A DNA stretch of 64,000 nucleotides from Bilabrum cf. latius (taxonomy: Eukaryota). This document shows positions 50,402 through 61,839 of this stretch, one piece after another. The stretch is from positions 682,001 to 746,000 of the forward strand of contig OZ237744.1 in assembly GCA_965178125.1 (NCBI GenBank), read 5' to 3'. A model generated the notes under the pieces. That model was given only the letters and a program-made list of their open reading frames with translations, was not told where the DNA came from and searched no databases. Position 1 is the stretch's first letter. Every line of letters starts with the position of its first letter. Both the position numbers and the translations under genes were made by a program.

Positions 50402-53400
50402 ATGCCTCCTAAACCTGTTGCTGGTGAGACGTACTTCGCTGCTGCTAGGAGACCGTGTACCAATGGCTCTCATCGCCGTGCAAGCATTGCTTCATTTCAC
50501 TACCTTGGGTACTGATTATGCCTACGTTACCATGGTTCATTAAATTGTATATTTTCTTCTATCCTTCGTTTCTGGCGCAGCCAAGCCTGCTAAGCCTGGT
50601 GCCGGTGAGGCCATACGGTACCGTCTGTACCGGATTGGTATTGCTCACGATATGCGAAATCATTTCTACTGATTCACAACTCTGTTGCCGTCCTTCGTTC
50701 GATATCGCAGCAAAACCTAGCAAGCCTGCTGGTGAGCTGACCTACTTTATCCTGCCAGACGGTCCCTGAGTTACGTTTGCATCTGTTCATAAATTTCGGG
50801 ATCCCGAGCCAACCTCGCAGCTGCCAAGCCTTCGGCAAAGAAGCCCAGCAAGCCGAAGCCAGCTGCTGCCAAGCCGGCCTCACCCAAGCCGGCTGCTGCC
50901 AAGCCGGCCTCACCCAAGCCGGCTGCTGCCAAGCCAGGATCCCCCAAGCCCAGCAAGCCGAAGCCAACATCGCCGTCGGGTGCAAAGCCAGCTGCTGCCA
51001 AGCCGGCCTCACCCAAGCCGGCTGCTGCCAAGCCTTCGGCAAAGAAGCCCAGCAAGCCGAAGGCAACGTCGCCGTCGGGTGCAAAGCCAGCTGCTGCCAA
51101 GCCGGCCTCACCCAAGCCCAGCAAGCCGAAGCCAACATCGCCGTCGAGCGCAAAGCCAGCTGCTGCCAAGCCGGCCTCACCCAAGCCCAGCAAGCCGAAG
51201 CCAACATCGCCGTCGGGTGCAAAGCCAGCTGCTGCCAAGCCGGCCTCACCCAAGCCGGCTGCTGCCAAGCCAGGATCCCCCAAGCCCAGCAAGCCGAAGC
51301 CAACATCGCCGTCGGGTGCAAAGCCAGCTGCTGCCAAGCCGGCCTCACCCAAGCCCAGCAAGCCGAAGCCAACATCGCCGTCGAGCGCAAAGCCAGCTGC
51401 TGCCAAGCCGGCCTCACCCAAGCCGGCTGCTGCCAAGCCAGGATCCCCCAAGCCCAGCAAGCCGAAGCCAACATCGCCGTCGGGTGCAAAGCCAGCTGCT
51501 GCCAAGCCGGCCTCACCCAAGCCGGCTGCTGCCAAGCCAGGATCCCCCAAGCCCAGCAAGCCGAAGCCAACATCGCCGTCGAGCGCAAAGCCAGCTGCTG
51601 CCAAGCCGGCCTCACCCAAGCCGGCTGCTGCCAAGCCTTCGGCAAAGAAGCCCAGCAAGCCGAAGGCAACATCGCCGTCGGGTGCAAAGCCAGCTGCTGC
51701 CAAGCCGGCCTCACCCAAGCCGGCTGCTGCCAAGCCAGGATCCCCCAAGCCCAGCAAGCCGAAGGCAACATCGCCGTCGAGCGCAAAGCCAGCTGCTGCC
51801 AAGCCGGCCTCGCCCAAGCCGGCTGCTGCCAAGCCAGGATCCCCCAAGCCCAGCAAGCCGAAGCCAACGTCGCCGTCGGGTGCAAAGCCAGCTGCTGCCA
51901 AGCCGGCCTCACCCAAGCCGGCTGCTGCCAAGCCAGGATCCCCCAAGCCCAGCAAGCCTAAGCCAACGTCGCCGTCGGGTGCAAAGCCAGCTGCTGCCAA
52001 GCCAGGATCCCCCAAGCCCAGCAAGCCGAAGCCAACATCGCCGTCGGGTGCAAAGCCAGCTGCTGCCAAGCCGGCCTCACCCAAGCCGGCTGCTGCCAAG
52101 CCAGGATCCCCCAAGCCCAGCAAGCCGAAGGCAACATCGCCGTCGAGCGCAAAGCCAGCTGCTGCCAAGCCGGCCTCACCCAAGCCGGCTGCTGCCAAGC
52201 CTTCGGCAAAGAAGCCCAGCAAGCCGAAGCCAACATCGCCGTCGAGTGCAAAGCCAGCTGCTGCCAAGCCGGCCTCACCCAAGCCGGCTGCTGCCAAGCC
52301 AGGATCCCCCAAGCCCAGCAAGCCGAAGGCAACATCGCCGTCGGGTGCAAAGCCGGCTGCTGCCAAGCCAGGATCCCCCAAGCCCAGCAAGCCGAAGGCA
52401 ACATCGCCGTCGAGCGCAAAGCCAACTGCAGCAAAACTCAAGCCTGCGTCACCTGCATCTGCAGGGTCTGCTACTGCCAAGAAGAGCCCGACAGGGTCGA
52501 AGAAACCGAGCCCAACTGGAAGTGTGGGAAGCACCAAAGGCAAGAAGAAGACAGGATCGAAGAAATCCAGTCCAACAGGAAGCGTGGGGAGCGTCGGAAG
52601 CAAGAAATTGGCTGGCGTAAAGAAGTCAAGCCCAACAGGAAGCGTTGCAGACAAGAAGAAACTCAAGAAGACTAGCTCAGGAAGATCGCTGAGTTCAGTT
52701 GGCTCTGCTGGGTCGACAAAGTCCGCTACTGGGAAGAAGAAGGCAACGAAGAGCTCTGGCTCTAAGAAGAAGCCTGCATCACCGGCATCGTCGGTAGCAT
52801 CAGCTGGATCAGTAGGGAAGAAAAAGGCTGACACTGAGGCTGAGGCCAAGCAGAAGGCTGAGGCTGAGGCTGCGGCCAAGCAGAAGGCTGAGGCTGAGGC
52901 TGAGGCCAAGCAGAAGGCTGAGGCTGAGGCTGCAGCCAAGCAGAAGGCTGAGGCTGAGGCAGCGGCTAAGCAGAAGGCTGAGGCTGAGGCTGCAGCCAAG
53001 CAGAAGGCTGAGGCTGAGGCTGCGGCCAAGCAGAAGGCTGAGGCTGAGGCTGCGGCCAAGCAGAAGGCTGAGGCTGAGGCTGCAGCCAAGCAGAAGGCTG
53101 AGGCTGAGGCTGCGGCCAAGCAGAAGGCTGAGGCTGAGGCAGCGGCCAAGCAGAAGGCTGAGGCTGAGGCAGCGGCCAAGCAGAAGGCTGAGGCTGAGGC
53201 AGCGGCCAAGCAGAAGGCTGAGGCTGAGGCAGCGGCCAAGCAGAAGGCTGAGGCTGAGGCAGCGGCCAAGCAGAAGGCTGAGGCTGAGGCAGCGGCCAAG
53301 CAGAAGGCGGAGGCTGAGGCTGCGGCCAAGCAGAAGGCGAAGGCTGAGGCTGCGGCCAAGCAGAAGGCTGAGGCTGAGGCAGCGGCCAAGCAGAAGGCTG

Positions 53401-56400
53401 AGGCTGAGGCAGCGGCCAAGCAGAAGGCTGAGGCTGAGGCGGCGGCGGCCGCTGCTGCATCGGCCCGTCCGCCCGTAGCGCCCACCCACGAAGTGAACGA
53501 CGGGAACTCTGGGGTGTTTTCTGCTCCAGACTCCGAGCCTATCGTTCCCTCTGCTGAGGACCGCGCAGCACGCCAAGCAGCATTGGATGGACAGGCGCTG
53601 CGGCGCCAGGTCTCAAGTGCCAAGGCAGCGGTGGGAATGGCTGTCCCGGAAAAGGCATGGGGAGCTGCTGAGCTCGCCGACAGAGACCTGCAGGTGGCAG
53701 CAACTGTGGGGGTGTAGCTTGAGGAGATCAAGGAGAAGGCGGTAGGACCATTGCAGCGAGTTGTGGCGCCGGAGGATGTGGCTGGCCTGTAGACAGCTCT
53801 TGTCCGCCTGAGGCGGAGGGCTGCTGCACTGCAGGCAGTGCAGGTCGCTGTCGGGAAGCTGGCGCAGTCTGGAGGCAGCGCAAGTGATGCTGTTCCGACC
53901 GAGGCCGATGTTCGCGGGGTGGAAGAGGCGAACAGCAGCCTCGGCGGCGCTCACATGCAGCAGCCATCAGCACAGGCCGTGTGTAGGCTGATTCGACACG
54001 TATCTCGAGTGGTTCGAGAGAGGCAGCAGGGCAAGTGGACCGCAGTGAACGATGCCTCGTCTCACTACAGAAATGCTCGTGCGGAGTCGGCCGATTCGGT
54101 AAGTGCCGGTGACCTGCAGGTAATTGACTCCATCGTGGCTGCGGCCAAATCGCACGCAGATGCTGAGCTCAAGAAGAAGGACGAGGCAGCCAGAAAGGCG
54201 GCCAGTGAGAGGGCACAGCAAAGCAAGGAAGCAGAAGCTGCGGCCGCGAAGGAGAAGGCCGACCAGCAGCGCAGAGTCAGGGCTTAGGAGCAGATGAAGG
54301 CGTTCAAGTCGTCTGCGGACGGCAGCGCCCCTCCCTCACCTAGGGGAGGAGCAAGCAAGAGCAGTGAGCTATATGGCGCACCCAAGCAACAAAAGCCTAG
54401 CAGCTAGACTGGCCCGGGTGCAACCAAGGGTGGCCAGGTCAGGACTCCCCCGAAGCCCGGATCCCCTGCAAACGACGGTGCCTCTACCGCCCAACCCAAT
54501 GCTGCCGGCTCCGGAGATGCGCCGGCTGCTCTGGCGCCAGCCCCAGCCAAACGAGCCCCGCCCACAGTGCCTCGGCCGGCAGGGCGTCCCCCCGCAGGTG
54601 CTGCCGCCCGCTCCGTGGCCGCTGGCCAGAGTCTGCGAGACCCGCCCAGGCCCAAGAGCCTTGGATCTCAGGCGTCAAGCGACGGAGCCCCAGAGAGCGC
54701 CTCTACTGCCAGCAGCAGCAGTGGCAACAGAGGTCTCGGAAGCATGGTGAACCACGGGGGTGCGAGGAGCGCGCCCATTGGCGCCGGTGATGCGTACAGC
54801 GGCGGACTCACTGAGGAGGAGGAGAGCCGCCAGCGTGAGATGCGAGAGATTTTCGCCAGGTACGTGGCGCGTCGGGACGTACTGGCATCCCGCGTGAACG
54901 AGGCCAGAGACCGCCTCGTCGAGGTGAGGCAGGCCGTCATTGCAGCCAAGGAGAAGGCCCGGCAGTCGGGTGCTGCGGCGGGAGAGCTGAGGGGCCTGGA
55001 GGCCGCGGTGTGTCGTGCCGCGCAGAGGCTAGCGGCGATGCGTGAGGCGCAAGGCGGGGACGAGGCTGCCCTGTCGCAGCGCTTGTCGGAGCAGGCGGCT
55101 CGCCTGAAGGTGCTGAGGGCGGATGCAGAGGCAGCAGAGGCTGCGCTACGAGCTGCGGAGGCAGAAGCGAGCGTGGCTCAAGCTGAGGCATCTGCCGGTG
55201 AGGCAGGACGCACTGACGGCCCGGTGTCGGGCCGTTCGATCGAGTCTCTCCGGCAGGAGCTGAGTCGGGCCAAGCAGGACCAGCAGCGCGCTCTGATGGC
55301 AGCTGCATCCGAGCACGAAGCTCTGGTGGCAAAGGCAGTCGTGGAGCGAGGTGCGCGCCTGCAGGCGACCGCTGCACGCGGGGAGGCCGAAGTGGCCCAG
55401 CTGACCCGGGAGGAACGAGAGCTGAGGCGGAGAGCGGCGCAGCTGCAGGAGCACATCCGGCAGAGGAAGGCGGAAGCGGAACAAGCCGCTGCACGGCGCC
55501 GCGCCCTGGTGCAGGAAGTGGATTCTCTCAACGACGCGCTCCGCGCTTCCGAGGCCGCAGACGACGCCAGGCTGTCGGCGCTGCAGCGCGAAGTCGCCAC
55601 GCTGGCGGCATAGGCCCAGGCCCTAAGGGGAGGGCCGGACGACGCGCAAGGGGTCCCTCCGGTCGTTCGGGAGGCGGAGGCAGCTGCCAGGGAACAAGAG
55701 AGGAGGCGTTGGCAGACGGAGGTCGACCGTGTCCGCCGCGAGGCCCGCGAGGAAGTGACGGCCATCCGCAGGGAGGGGTCCCAGCAGTTCGCCAGGCTGG
55801 TGCAGGAGGTCAAAGAGAGGTACATCAGTGAGTATGATGACCTCAGGCAGAAGCTGAGGAGCAGGAAGCAGCAGGACGCAGCGGCTTGCGAGCAGCTCGA
55901 GTCACAGCTCAGGGAGGTGGAGTCAGCAGTGGCCCAGGCTAGGGACGAGAGGCGGTCGGTGGAGGCGCAGCGGGAGGCAGCGCGGGGTAGAGCGGCGGCG
56001 CGCGTGGCGGCCAAGCGGCAGCAGCTGCGTGAACTGCGTGCGGCTGTGCGCGAGGCGTGGCGTCGCAGCGGGGCCGACTCAAAGGAAGTCGCCGAGTTTC
56101 TGCGTCGGCTGCAGTCCGTGCTGCCGTACACGGCTCAGACACACGCCATGTACGAGAGCAAGCTGGGCGAGCTCAGGAGCGCGACTCCCTTGCTGCAGCA
56201 AGTGGCCCGGCGAGAGGTGCTGCACTACAGGATCGCTCACTTGCGCCGGCGGGTGACGCAGCTTCTGCGGTCAAGGAGCGCATCCGGGGCCGATTTTGGG
56301 ACCGGTGTGGGTGTTGGCCCCGCCACGGAGGCTGAGGTGCTTCGCATCCGATCTGAAGTGGACGCGGCTCGAGGGGAGCTGGAGGGGGTGGAGAGCCGCC

Positions 56401-56576
56401 TGATGAGAGAGGTGGCTGAGTGGGAAGGGGAGCACCAGAAGCCATTCCTGCATCGCGGTGTGCGGCTGCTTGACGAGCTGGAGGGCATCGGGAGCGCCGC
56501 GTTTGCGGGTGCAAGCGAGGGCAAGGTTGAGCCGGCGGCGGCTGCCATGGCTGCGGCGGGCCTGTCGTCCCACTAA
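50402..56576 (+). CDS. Putative cytoskeletal protein, about 1,940 aa: Pro/Ala/Lys repeats, (KQKAEAEAAA) x about 20, coiled coil, MAP65/Ase1-like C-terminus; exons 50402-50423, 50581-50604, 50711-50731, 50821-56576
   Basis: Three phase-1 GTGAG...GCAG introns; frame broken only by TAG; C-terminal EWEGEHQKPFLHRGVRLLDEL; ends TAA. Confidence 0.75.
50821..52430 (+). repeat. Coding minisatellite encoding modular KPAAAKPASPKPSKPKPTSPSGA repeats
   Basis: Highly similar, shuffled 15-bp-based modules. Confidence 0.95.
52845..53445 (+). repeat. 30-bp coding tandem repeat, about 20 copies (KQKAEAEAAA)
   Basis: AAGCAGAAGGCTGAGGCTGAGGCWGCRGCC repeated. Confidence 0.97.
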
Positions 56577-56897
56577 ATGTCTACTTGATATCTTATAGAA
56601 CTTCGATTTGCGTGCACTGCTCGGCCTGCCAGAGTGCGCTCCTTGTCGTCAGTGGCAGCTACTTGTAGTAGTCTACGCCTGCACAAGACGGCTCCAGGCA
56701 CCGTCCTCGCTCACACACATGACCGAGGAGATTGATCCGACGCACTGGCGGTCCCGTCCAATCCGAGCACGGTTCCGTATCGCGTGTGCTTGTGGATCGG
56801 ATCAAAGTCTTCATCACACACCTGTGCACGCATAGTGAACCGAAATAAACTTCGTAGACGAATAACTACCGAACTTCTTCGGAATGTTGAACGCATA

Positions 56898-59657
56898 ATG
56901 GAAGTTGATGACGCAAGGCCGGGCTTTGATTCATCTGATTCCGAGCTTGCAAGCGACGAGACTAGTCAGAGCCTGAATGCCAGCGATGCACTGGCAAGCG
57001 ATGAATCAGCCGAAGAGATCGCAAGCGATGAGTCGGGAGCCGAGAATCCAAGCTCGCATAGAGATGAACAATTGATGTTTGTCTAGAATTCGCGAAAAGG
57101 GGCCCCTTTTCAGTCACAGGTCGGGCGCCCGCGTGCTCTTAAAACAAGCGCCGCGAAGCGACATGCTACGGGAGCAGTGCAACCTAAGCTTAGAGTTGCC
57201 TCGCCGCGTCGTTCAATTCTGGTGACTGCAAGCGGCCAAGTATTTACGCCGCCATTGCTGTCGGCTCAACGGGATTCTTATAGCGGCGTGAAGGACAGCT
57301 TCCAGCGACGTGTGCAGCCACTGGAGACTAATCAGCAAGAAGCAGACCAATCTTGCGCTACCAGTGCCACCACTCCTGCCAGCTCGGATTCTGATGATTT
57401 TGATGTTACGGCAGCTGCGGCAAGAGCCATTGCTGCGGGCGGCAACCCACAGCCTGTGCTACTGGCGAAGGCAGCCGCGGCAGAAGACCATGATGAGACT
57501 ACAGAAAGCGAAGCTAGTGATGAACCCAGCCAGAACTTCGTGACCCCACATTTGCGGCCACTCAACAATCGCTAGAACTCTGATGGTTTTCGTCTCAGCA
57601 GCAGTGTCGGTGGCGAGGCTAGCCAAGCTGTAGCACCGCAGGCAGCAGTCTGCGTACCAGTCCCGGCCCCTATCGCTGCCGCACCGGAATTCTCAGACTC
57701 AGACAGCTCTGGATTCGGAACGCTAGAGAATCTTGCGCCAGATCAAGTCGAGGAATCGAGCACCCGGGCCGTGCCTGGCTCTGATCAACCCCGTGCTGTC
57801 TCGCCTTCAAGCAATGGTGTTGACAACCAATCTGAAGGCAGCCGAGCCCAACTCAGGCTGCCACTGCCAGTTCCTGAAGGCAGCCGAGCCCAACTCAGGC
57901 TGCCACTGCCAGTTCCTGGTGCAGATTTGGCCTAGCAGGCCAGCAGCCGCAGCATGCCCCTAGCACAGAGCCTGCACAAAGTCGGGGCAATTTCTGAGCG
58001 CCGCCCGAAAGCGATGAGACTTGCACGTGGAGTCTGCGTGTCGATCGTGTCACCGGGTAGGCTGCCAGCGCCCCAAGCATTGGCAGCCGCCCTAGCCGAT
58101 CCTAACAAGGATGAGGACCTATCGCCAAGCGGTACAGCTCATCGTGTCTCCTCTGCCGCAGCAGGTGACACACCGCTCGAGATTTCTGCACCGTCAACCC
58201 CAGCTCGTAAGCAGCCGAAGAGGCTGGAGATCAGCTCGCCCAAGCCCCGCTTCACCTGGCTCTCAACTCTGGACGAGGCACTCGCTGCGAGTGACAAGGT
58301 CACGCGCTCCATGGCCATGCGAGGCAGATCACGCGGGGCAGATCACGCGGCCAGATCAGCTGCGCTGCAGGCTGAAGCGGGACGGGCTGCGGCAGACCGA
58401 GACAGCATGCTGCAGTTCTTGCAGCACGAGCAGGAGGTGGTGGAGCCTCTGCGAGTCCTCTGCAGCAAACTCGCGCAAGATGCCGTCCAACAAGCTTGCA
58501 TTCGATACGGAGAAGCCGTTGGTGCATCGTCTGCTCTGAATGGCTCGCGAAGTGGAGCCCATTCTCAAGCATTTCAATGCCGCGGCGATGCAGTGGAAAC
58601 TGTCTAGCACGGTGATGTTGCTGCACTTGGCTCGATTTAGAGAATCGAATCACTGCAGGCAACGTCTGACCCCGTGCCTATGGATAGCTCCATTGCAGCA
58701 CCAAACGCCCGGACACACGTCCCTGAATCCTAGGTAGCGATTCGAGTCCTGGATCTTCGCCCTGAAGCGTAGACGTCCATGGCATCTATTCCACCCTCTG
58801 CCACTGGTGGCACGCTTCCACACCGGAATGACTGCCTCGTAGACTAGGAGAGAACTGCCGTGGCGCGCGAAAGCACCACCGTTGGCTTGCGTGGTCGTGT
58901 TGCCCCGGACAAGGTGCCCGAAAGAGATGCTGGACGTTCGCACGAGTAGGATGTCGTGAGTTCACATTGGCAGAATGGATCAAGACAGGACGCATCGATA
59001 GGAAGTTCCCGCCCATCGATAACCAGCGCGACAGGACCAGACATACAGTCGCCGGATGAAGTGATTGCAAGAAGCATGCCCGGCACCCCAGTCCGGGCCG
59101 TGGTCCAGATGGAAGCCCCTGCTCGGCACCCCACCAAGGAAGTCCAAGCATCGACGACTGCCCGGGCAAGCGACTTGGAGCAGTCGCTTCCGATTGAAAG
59201 GCCTCGGGTGCATAGATCGTCACAGAGGCGGGGTCGACGGTCAAGCATTCGGCTGCAACGCCTGCATGCCAGCGTATCTGCCCAGCATAGGCTCGGGTTG
59301 AGGCGACTGAGGCAGGAACAGCACCGTGGTGGCCGCCGCGATACCAGTTCTCGCCCAGGTGAGAGAAATACTGACCTTGCAGCTACTAGCTTAAATTGGA
59401 ACAGTAGCCTGATTGCGTCAGCAATATCTCCCTGTATCGACATGGTGGAGCGACATTCAGGCGCTGCAGCGCATCCTGATGGGGAGCAAACGGGCGAGCC
59501 CCTACGCCTTGGTGACCTGCTCGATGCTGCAACTCTCACTGATTCGCGAGCGGCATCGCAGGCTCCGTTCGTGTCTGCAGCGCGACGGGCTGGTGACTTG
59601 GCAGCTGGCGCCCTCGCTGGATTAGTACTTGGCGGAAGGCGAACGCAAAGGGCATGA
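56898..59657 (+). CDS. Hypothetical low-complexity protein, about 919 aa (9 TAG), with a 42-bp internal duplication near 57833-57918
   Basis: Single frame from ATG 56898 to TGA 59655, broken only by TAG. Confidence 0.65.
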
Positions 59658-59714
59658 TCTGACTGCAAGCACAATAGAAAGTCTTTATACTAGTCAACAC
59701 GATGCTCCCATGCT

Positions 59715-61639
59715 TCACTTTCCGACGACGACGGGCTTGACGCTGCTAGCCGCACCACCGCTGGCCGCCGCCCCTGCAGCACTTGGTGCACGCCCGCGCG
59801 TTTCAGAGGCCACGGAAAGCCAGCTCGGCATGGATTTCAGACCTCCTGCAGCAGACGCGCCTGTCCATTCCCCGAGAAGGGGGTCGTATGAGCACCTTAT
59901 CACGGCGGAGACGGTCCCACCGAGTGCTCCGCTCGAGGATTTTGCCGGCGCTGCGTGAGCCGCAGACGAAGCATCGTCTGAATCGCCCCCCTTTGGAAGC
60001 TTGGCGGCATCGATCTTGATGTGCAGCGGGAGCTCGCTGTAGTGTCCAAAGAAGTCAACCTTGAATGCGGCCTTGGCCCCCCGATCGACTCTGCCGTAGG
60101 CCCCGCCAGCGTCCCCCGATACCCTCTTCGTCACGGTCCCGCTCTCATCCATGGCAGTCAGCTTGCGAAGCAGCTCGTACGGGGTCCCATCGGAGTCTTC
60201 CCCAGAAATCTTGATGGGAATGCTTCCGGTCGAGCGGTCGGCCTAGCTCAAGCGGACTCGGATGAATCGGTGCAGTGAGAACCTCGGCACTTCAAGGCCC
60301 AGGGCTCTTGCCAGCAGGGCGCTGAAGTCGTCGCACTTGGCGTGGATCACCATGGCGGCATGGTCGTGCAGCTCGGTGCGCTGCAAATTGACGATGACGA
60401 GCCTGCCGGCCTTGCCGCCCCTGCCCTTAGACTTCTTCGTGACGTTGTACGGCACGTCGGCCGCGGGGGTCACTGTGAGTGAGGAGCCCATGGCAAGGCA
60501 AACGTCAGCCCGCTCTGCCCACTCAAAGCTTGCCGTGAGATCTTTCTCTGGCAAGTTCTCGGAGAAACTGTGTGGTCCCGGTTAGGAGGAATAAGCAGAG
60601 GTGGGGGCTGTACAGGGGATGGATAGGGGCTATACAGGGGATGGATAGGGGCTGTACAGGGGATGGATAAGCGAATCGAATAAGGGCCTGATCAAGTGAT
60701 ACTGTACCCGCACCCCGCTCATTTGCTCACTTGATGATGGTGTCATGCAGCGCACATCCGCATTTGGGACACTTGCGCCCGGTACGGTGATCGAACACGG
60801 TGTACCGGTAATCTGCCGTGGCGTCGTAGTCCCGCAGGAACTGCGCCCCGCAGCCTTTCATGACGGGGCCGCCCTTTTTGGTCGCGCGCCCCCCACACGT
60901 CTCCAGGTTGCTGTTGCCGTGCAGCTCAGAGAGCTTCTCCGGGGGGAATGCGGATCGGCGGTGCAGTCCGTCGCAGTTTTGGGACACGAGGTGCTGGAGG
61001 TTGCCGGCCTTCTCAAGCGCACACAGGGTCATGTGCGTCTTCGTTGGGATGGCCTGCAAGGTTGCGATCGTCTCTGCCTCGGCGGGGCGTGCGGCTTTGT
61101 GTGCATCCAGTTCCCACACGCCCGGTCCGGTTTTCAGGCACGTGTCCATTCCAGAGCGAAAGTCAGGAATGCCGGCGCTGCGCATAGGAGCATTCGCAAA
61201 GACGTGAAAACATCCCATAGTCCACCTTCAAGCGCTCCTTAGGTCCAAAGCAATGATTTAAAGTTATGGCGCAAGATAATGCCTGTAATTCACTCAAACT
61301 ATCCTACTACCAGTGCCACCAGTGGGCGGGACATTTGAGAGAGGACTCGAGATACGTCTTCCAAGAACGGGCAACGACAACTCATGATACTAACGAAGTA
61401 GAAATCCCTGCTCCCGTAAAAGCAATAGTTGCTCTGCTTTCCGTGATCCACTTAGCCACCTGCGCGATGGGATGTCGTAGCACTGGCTGGAACGCGGTAG
61501 TTGCACTAAGGCGCGCACGCTGCGTCCACACCCGAGGGGGCTTTCCCTGCTTGCTCACGGTTGCCACCTTTCTCTCAAGAATATCCCTTGAATCAAAAAA
61601 TTCCTTGAGCTCGTCTCCTCTTCTCGCGGTGTCGCCCAT
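59715..61639 (-). CDS. Class IV (SIRT6/7-like) NAD-dependent sirtuin; introns 61460-61558, 61178-61394, 60568-60730
   Basis: GAGISTS|AGIPDFRS, SQNCDGLHRRS, ELHGN, LHDTIIN|FSENLPE, GSSLTVTPAA, IVNLQRT. One TAG at 60243; ends TGA. Confidence 0.9.
60604..60669. repeat. 22-bp tandem repeat x3 inside a sirtuin intron
   Basis: GGGGCTRTACAGGGGATGGATA x3. Confidence 0.9.
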
Positions 61640-61839
61640 CGTGTCTTGGCTGGTGTTTTGTAATGCGGTGGCTGCGTCGGTCCTGTTGGCGCCGCGCGTT
61701 CTCACGAAGCGGAACCTAAAGGCCCAGGAAACCGATCTCAAAGAACCCAAATCATGAACAGATGAAAATGCTCGCCGAGAGTAAACCACATCATGATGTT
61801 AGCTTAGTTGAATTGAAGCACCAAGGTATCACGAAACGG

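Noticed and set aside
50771-53731. 986-aa minus-strand Ala/Gly/Phe repeat ORF
   Set aside because: Antisense shadow; splice signals and the start codon support the + strand.
59629-59958. 109-aa + strand ORF
   Set aside because: Out of frame with the upstream gene and mostly antisense to the sirtuin 3' end.
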